A stretch of 64,000 nucleotides of DNA from Candidatus Bathyarchaeota archaeon (GTDB lineage: Archaea > Thermoproteota > Bathyarchaeia > Bathyarchaeales > Bathycorpusculaceae): the NCBI GenBank assembly GCA_963707955.1, contig OY970176.1, forward strand, positions 1,344,001-1,408,000. The letters run 5' to 3'. The translations under genes were made by a program, and so were the position numbers. This document shows, piece after piece, positions 59,541 to 64,000 of the stretch; within the stretch, counting starts at the first letter, position 1; the number at the start of each line of letters is the position of its first letter. The notes under the pieces are model-generated. The model ran no database searches. It worked only from the letters and a program-made list of their open reading frames with translations, and was not told where the DNA came from.

Positions 59541-60994
59541 ATGTCGGAACACGACATCAAAAAGCCTGAAACGAGAGAAGAACTCGTTAAGATGCTGACG
59601 GAAGCCGCCAAGAAAGCCGCCGAAACTCGCACGGTTACGAGAATCAAACCGACAAAGCCTACAGTGCTCGGAACGGCTGAAGCCCTGAATATACACAGAG
59701 ACACGCTTTACACGTGGCTCAAAGAATTTGATGTTGATTTCAAAGAGGTCACGGACAGCTTGCCGACAAACTTAATGTCGGAATCCGTCGAAGAATCAGG
59801 ATACGCATACTTGATTGGCGAGGCGTTAGTCGGAGAGGGAAACGAGGTTGCACACATAGACCTGCTTATAGGCGACAAGAACGGACCAGTTGGAGAAGTT
59901 TTGCAGCAGGAATGTGCAACCTGTCTGCGGGACACACACCCCTGCTGGCAGTCATAAGGCCGAACCTTCCGCCTAAACCGCACACGCTGCTCGTGCCCAA
60001 AGTCACCATAAAAAACAGTCAAGATGTGAGCAAGATATTTGGACCAGCCCAAGCTGCGGTCGCAAAAGGTGTTGCTGACGCGGTGGAAGACGGGATAATC
60101 CCCAGAGACAAGATCGACGACTGGGTCATAGTGGCCAGCGTCTTCGTGCATCCTCAAGCAAGCGACTTCCGCAAGATCTATCATTACAACTACGGGGCAA
60201 CCAAGCTGGCGCTGAAGAGGGCCCTAGCAAAGTACCCGTCGCTGGAAAAGATCTTCTACGACAAGGACAGAGCCAAACATCCAATAATGGGTTTCAAAGT
60301 GCCCCGCCTGTGGAGACCGCCGTACCTGCAGATTTCGCTTGACAACCCAGAGATAGAAAGAGCGAAGAAAGTGATAGCACAGCTGCCGGGAAGCGACAGA
60401 ATAATCCTGGAGGTTGGAACGCCTTTGCTCAAGAGATACGGAACAAAAGTGATAAACGAACTGAGAGAAGTGGCCAAGGACATCTTCTTCGTAGCCGACC
60501 TCAAAACCCTGGACGTTGGCAAAGTCGAAGTTGACCTGGCCTACGACGAAACGGCAGACGCCGTTGTTGCCTCGGGACTGGCAGTTCCTGAAACACTCGA
60601 CTCGTTCATTCACGAAGCAAAGAGACTCGGAATATACGGCGTGGTCGACATGATGAACGTTGAAGACCCACTCAAGAAACTGAAGTCGATCAAAGAGTTT
60701 CCCGACATCATCGTCCTACACAGGGGCATAGACCAAGAAACCGGAAGAACACACGGGTTGGAGATCATCCCAGAAATTAGGCAGACCTTCAAGGACAAGA
60801 AGTTCCTGATCGCTGTGGCAGGCGGAATAGTGCCAGAGACTGGAAGAGAAGCCCTGCAAAAAGGCGCTGACATAATCATCGTCGGAAGATACGTGACACA
60901 GTCAAGGGACGTTGAACACGCGGTGAGAGACTTCCTCGAAGCAACGCCTGAAATGCGAGAAGACATAGACCTCTTCAGAGTACACGTCGAGTAA
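59541..60994 (+). CDS. fae-hps: HTH-fused formaldehyde-activating enzyme / hexulose-6-phosphate synthase, frameshift near 59898
   Basis: HTH ([18 protein letters not shown]); Fae ([29 protein letters not shown]); Hps ([26 protein letters not shown]). One added base joins the two ORFs. Confidence 0.88.
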
Positions 60995-61022
60995 GCATCT
61001 GTCCCCCTTTTTCTTCTCCTGC

Positions 61023-62228
61023 CTAGGCGAAGATCTTGAAGAAGACGAAGGCAGCGAAGAATATTGCACCGGCCACAACGAAAACTTGGAGGAAACCCGA
61101 AACCTGAGCGATGAAAGGGCCGATAAACGAGCCGAATGCTCCTCCCAGCCCTATCAGAACATTGATCAGACCCGCTTTGCCCGCTGGTATAAGCTCCATA
61201 GATAGAGCAAGAATCGTCACCATAAAGACTGCAAAGAGAAATCCCATGGCGACTAGAATTCCAGTGGTCAGCAGAACGTTAAAAGATGACAGATTCAAGG
61301 CGGCGAGAAGTACGAAGGCAAGCAGGCTTCGAAACAGCACTAGTCCGGCTACGTGGGCTTTTCCAGTTGACCCCTGCGATCTTTTTCCAGCCAATGCGTA
61401 GCCCCCTATAGCTCCCCCGGAATTGAGCACGTAAATCGCGAAGACAAACCCCGCCGGCGCGATGCTGTTCACAAACACGGGCATTGGAGTGAACAGTATG
61501 CTCGTGGCAAGCGAGAAAAGCACTAGTCCGAAGCAGAAGGCTGTGACGTTCTCTCTTTTTAGTCTCTCATCTATTCTGATGCCGTCCATCATCTTGGAGG
61601 CTAGGAAAACGCCATGAGACGCGAAGTCCACCGTCTTCTCAAGACTTACAAGGCTTCTTTCAAATATCATGGGTGGGTCTACCACGAATATTGCGGAAAG
61701 AACAAATGCTATAAGGTTTAGTCCTGCGATCAGAAACAACGTGTTCGCTGGACCGAAACTATAAGTTGAAGCAAAAAAGCCTAACAGCAGACCGATTAGC
61801 GTCCCGACTTCCGTGAACCCCTCGTAGAAGGCGAAATTCTTCTCCCAATCTTGATGAGAATAAAGTTCAGAGATGAGAATGTTTTTCGGAGCTTCATGGG
61901 CAACGTGAAAAACCGACATTACCGCGTATATTACAATCAGCAAAGCTATATCCGTCGTAAACGCGAAGAGGTAGAGCAAGACGGCCGACGCGAGGAACGC
62001 AAGAAGGATGTAACGCTTATAATGCCGTGTCTTGTCGCATAAATAACCCCAGAAGAAAGAGGCAGGAATAGCCGCGAAGAGAGCGATAGCAGTGATTACC
62101 CCAACGTAGAACAGCCCATTCGCAGCGTCGATTTTAACCAAGTAAAGCGGCAGAAAAATCGAGAGTAATCCGAACCCCATTTCGTGGAAAAAGAACCCCA
62201 GACGCCACATAGCCAGAAGACTTCGCAA
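61023..62228 (-). CDS. MFS transporter
   Basis: About 12 TM helices, WGYLCDKTRHYK motif A. Confidence 0.88.
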   Translation of the reverse strand: MRSLLAMWRLGFFFHEMGFGLLSIFLPLYLVKIDAANGLFYVGVITAIALFAAIPASFFWGYLCDKTRHYKRYILLAFLASAVLLYLFAFTTDIALLIVIYAVMSVFHVAHEAPKNILISELYSHQDWEKNFAFYEGFTEVGTLIGLLLGFFASTYSFGPANTLFLIAGLNLIAFVLSAIFVVDPPMIFERSLVSLEKTVDFASHGVFLASKMMDGIRIDERLKRENVTAFCFGLVLFSLATSILFTPMPVFVNSIAPAGFVFAIYVLNSGGAIGGYALAGKRSQGSTGKAHVAGLVLFRSLLAFVLLAALNLSSFNVLLTTGILVAMGFLFAVFMVTILALSMELIPAGKAGLINVLIGLGGAFGSFIGPFIAQVSGFLQVFVVAGAIFFAAFVFFKIFA

Positions 62229-62351
62229 AAGCAGGATTAAAACCTTTACAGAGCAACGGATATTTCTTCTCTGAAAAGCCCACCGCGTCTTGATAAATCC
62301 TTAATAGATAGATGCTCAACTTTCATACCACCACCTAAGAGGCTACGACGG

Positions 62352-62804
62352 ATGGCCAAGTTCAAAGTCATCGTTTCAGACCCCGAAACGGGGACATCAA
62401 AGGCGGTTGAGCTTGAAGAAGCACGCGCTACCCCTTTGATCGGCAAGAGAATAGGCGAAGTCATAGACGGAACAATAGTCGATTTCGCAGGACACAAGGT
62501 CCAAATCATGGGCGGCTCCGACAAGGACGGGTTCCCGATGAGGCCGAGCGTACATGGCGGTGTTCGCCGAAGAATAGTTCTCAGCGGCGGCGTAGGCCTG
62601 AACCCGCTGAACGGGGGCATGAGGAGACGCAAAAGCATTCGGGGAAACGTCATAACGGACGAGATCGTTCAGGTAAACGCGAAAATCGTGGAAAAGCCGA
62701 AACATCCTAAAGAAGGAAAGAAACCGAAGGAAAAGAAGGAAGAAAAAACAGCTCCAAAAGAACCTGAGCAACAAGCCAAAGCTCAAACGCAAACCAGCAC
62801 TTGA
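62352..62804 (+). CDS. rps6e: 30S ribosomal protein S6e
   Basis: FKVIVSDP, GGSDKDGFPM, RRRKSIRGN. Confidence 0.96.
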   Translation: MAKFKVIVSDPETGTSKAVELEEARATPLIGKRIGEVIDGTIVDFAGHKVQIMGGSDKDGFPMRPSVHGGVRRRIVLSGGVGLNPLNGGMRRRKSIRGNVITDEIVQVNAKIVEKPKHPKEGKKPKEKKEEKTAPKEPEQQAKAQTQTST

Positions 62805-62879
62805 TGAGAGCTTAACGTTTATTAGCCGCAGCATTTCTAATCCTTCAATAATTTGTAAACGTTCATAGGAAAGTGAAGA

Positions 62880-64000
62880 ATGAGCAGCGAAAAACGGGCA
62901 CCCATGCCTCGTCAACCCGAAATCAACATCGGCACAATAGGACATGTTGACCATGGCAAAACAACACTAGTTCAGGCGCTGACTGGTGTCTGGGCGTCGA
63001 GACACAGCGAAGAACTCAAGAGAGGCATCACGATCAAACTGGGCTACGCAGACATGGCAGTTTACAGGTGTCCCAAGTGTGAGCCGCCGAACAACTACAC
63101 TACAAAACCAGCTTGCCCCGTCTGTGGCTCAAAAGCCGTTTTCGTCCGAGCGATCAGCTTCGTTGACGCCCCAGGTCATGAAGCTCTGATGGCAACCATG
63201 CTCTCCGGCGCCGCAATAATGGACGGAGCGTTACTCGTGATAGCGGCAGACGAACCATGTCCTCAACCGCAGACCAGAGAACACTTGGCCGCGGTCGGTG
63301 TTATAGGCATAAAGAACATCGTCATAGTCCAGAACAAGATCGACATCGTTGACGAGAAGAGGGCCCGCCAGAGCTACGCTGAGATAAAGAACTTCGTGAA
63401 AGGAACCGTGGCAGAAGACGCCCCTATCATTCCCATGTCAGCACAGCACGGAGTCAACGTAGATGTTCTCCTGCAAGCGATAGAAGAGGTTATGCCGACG
63501 CCGAAAAGGGATGAAACAAAGCCGCCGTTCATGTACATAATACGTTCTTTTGACATCAACAAACCGGGCACGCCTGTCGACAAGCTGGAAGGCGGCGTGC
63601 TAGGAGGCACGATAATCCAGGGCAAGTTCACGGTCGAAGAAGAACTGGAGATACTCCCAGGAATAGCGACAGAAGGGAAGAACACGTATGAGCCCCTGTT
63701 CAGCGAAATCGTAAGCCTTGAGGCCGGCGGAAAGAACGCGAATGAAGTTCACTGCGGCGGCCTAGTAGGCGTAGGAACACTCCTTGACCCATCATATTCG
63801 AAGGCCGACAGCCTCATCGGAAACATCGCCGGAAAACGAGGAATGCTGCCTCCAATATTGGCAGAGGTTATCCTTGAAACTCACATTCTTGACAGAGCCG
63901 TAGGAACAAAAGAGCTGATGAAAATCGAAGAAGTCGCGATGAACGAAACACTGCTCATGCACGTCGGTGCCGCCATAACGGTCGGAAAAGTCTCCTCAAT
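62880..64000 (+). CDS. eif2g: Translation initiation factor 2 gamma subunit (3'-truncated by the window edge)
   Basis: QPEINIGTIGHVDHGKTT, RGITIKLGYA, DAPGHE, NKID, RSFDINKPG. Absent from the ORF track because there is no stop in the window. Confidence 0.96.
   Translation, partial: MSSEKRAPMPRQPEINIGTIGHVDHGKTTLVQALTGVWASRHSEELKRGITIKLGYADMAVYRCPKCEPPNNYTTKPACPVCGSKAVFVRAISFVDAPGHEALMATMLSGAAIMDGALLVIAADEPCPQPQTREHLAAVGVIGIKNIVIVQNKIDIVDEKRARQSYAEIKNFVKGTVAEDAPIIPMSAQHGVNVDVLLQAIEEVMPTPKRDETKPPFMYIIRSFDINKPGTPVDKLEGGVLGGTIIQGKFTVEEELEILPGIATEGKNTYEPLFSEIVSLEAGGKNANEVHCGGLVGVGTLLDPSYSKADSLIGNIAGKRGMLPPILAEVILETHILDRAVGTKELMKIEEVAMNETLLMHVGAAITVGKVSS

Noticed and set aside
59885-59915. Programmed frameshift in fae-hps
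   Set aside because: The break falls inside the Fae domain with no canonical slippery heptamer, and similar indels occur across the window.
242-63685. Many antisense or alternate-frame ORFs in the track (e.g. 428-784, 6479-7048, 30967-31530, 62397-62954)
   Set aside because: They overlap well-supported genes or tRNAs and have no recognisable motifs (shadow ORFs).

Overview
Archaeal chromosomal window, most consistent with Ca. Bathyarchaeia (inferred from class I LysRS, Fae-Hps, AcnX pair, archaeal AsnA, dockerin and PEF-type sorting tails, rpS6e/aIF2-gamma). Most of it is housekeeping and metabolism: RimK-type ligase, MDH, two deoxyhypusine-synthase paralogs, ArgRS, HDAC, an ABC exporter, LysRS, an SPFH operon, Tmk, an HD hydrolase, AcnX, AsnA, a split glutamate synthase, DsrE, a tRNA thiouridylase-like protein, HTH-Fae-Hps and three tRNAs. 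Two regions stand out. (1) A ~7.2 kb AT-rich element (11054-18293) is integrated into the 5' half of tRNA-Arg(GCG). It carries an SSV1-like split, decayed tyrosine integrase. Its cargo genes are all co-oriented, and four of the blocks end in a conserved 29-38 bp non-attC repeat (GATTTCAGAGGGTCCATAGAAGTTTTTCA), which suggests an undescribed integron-like cassette system. (2) An ~11.5 kb alpha-glucan cluster (GH15, 3x GH57, 3 full GT4, 2 half-GT4, wHTH and DUF5752-like domains) is built from a duplicated wHTH/half-GT/GT/GH57 module, and includes a GT4-wHTH fusion hidden by a frameshift. At least five single-base frameshifts in otherwise intact genes suggest assembly indel errors. All family assignments come from motif recognition by eye; no searches were run.
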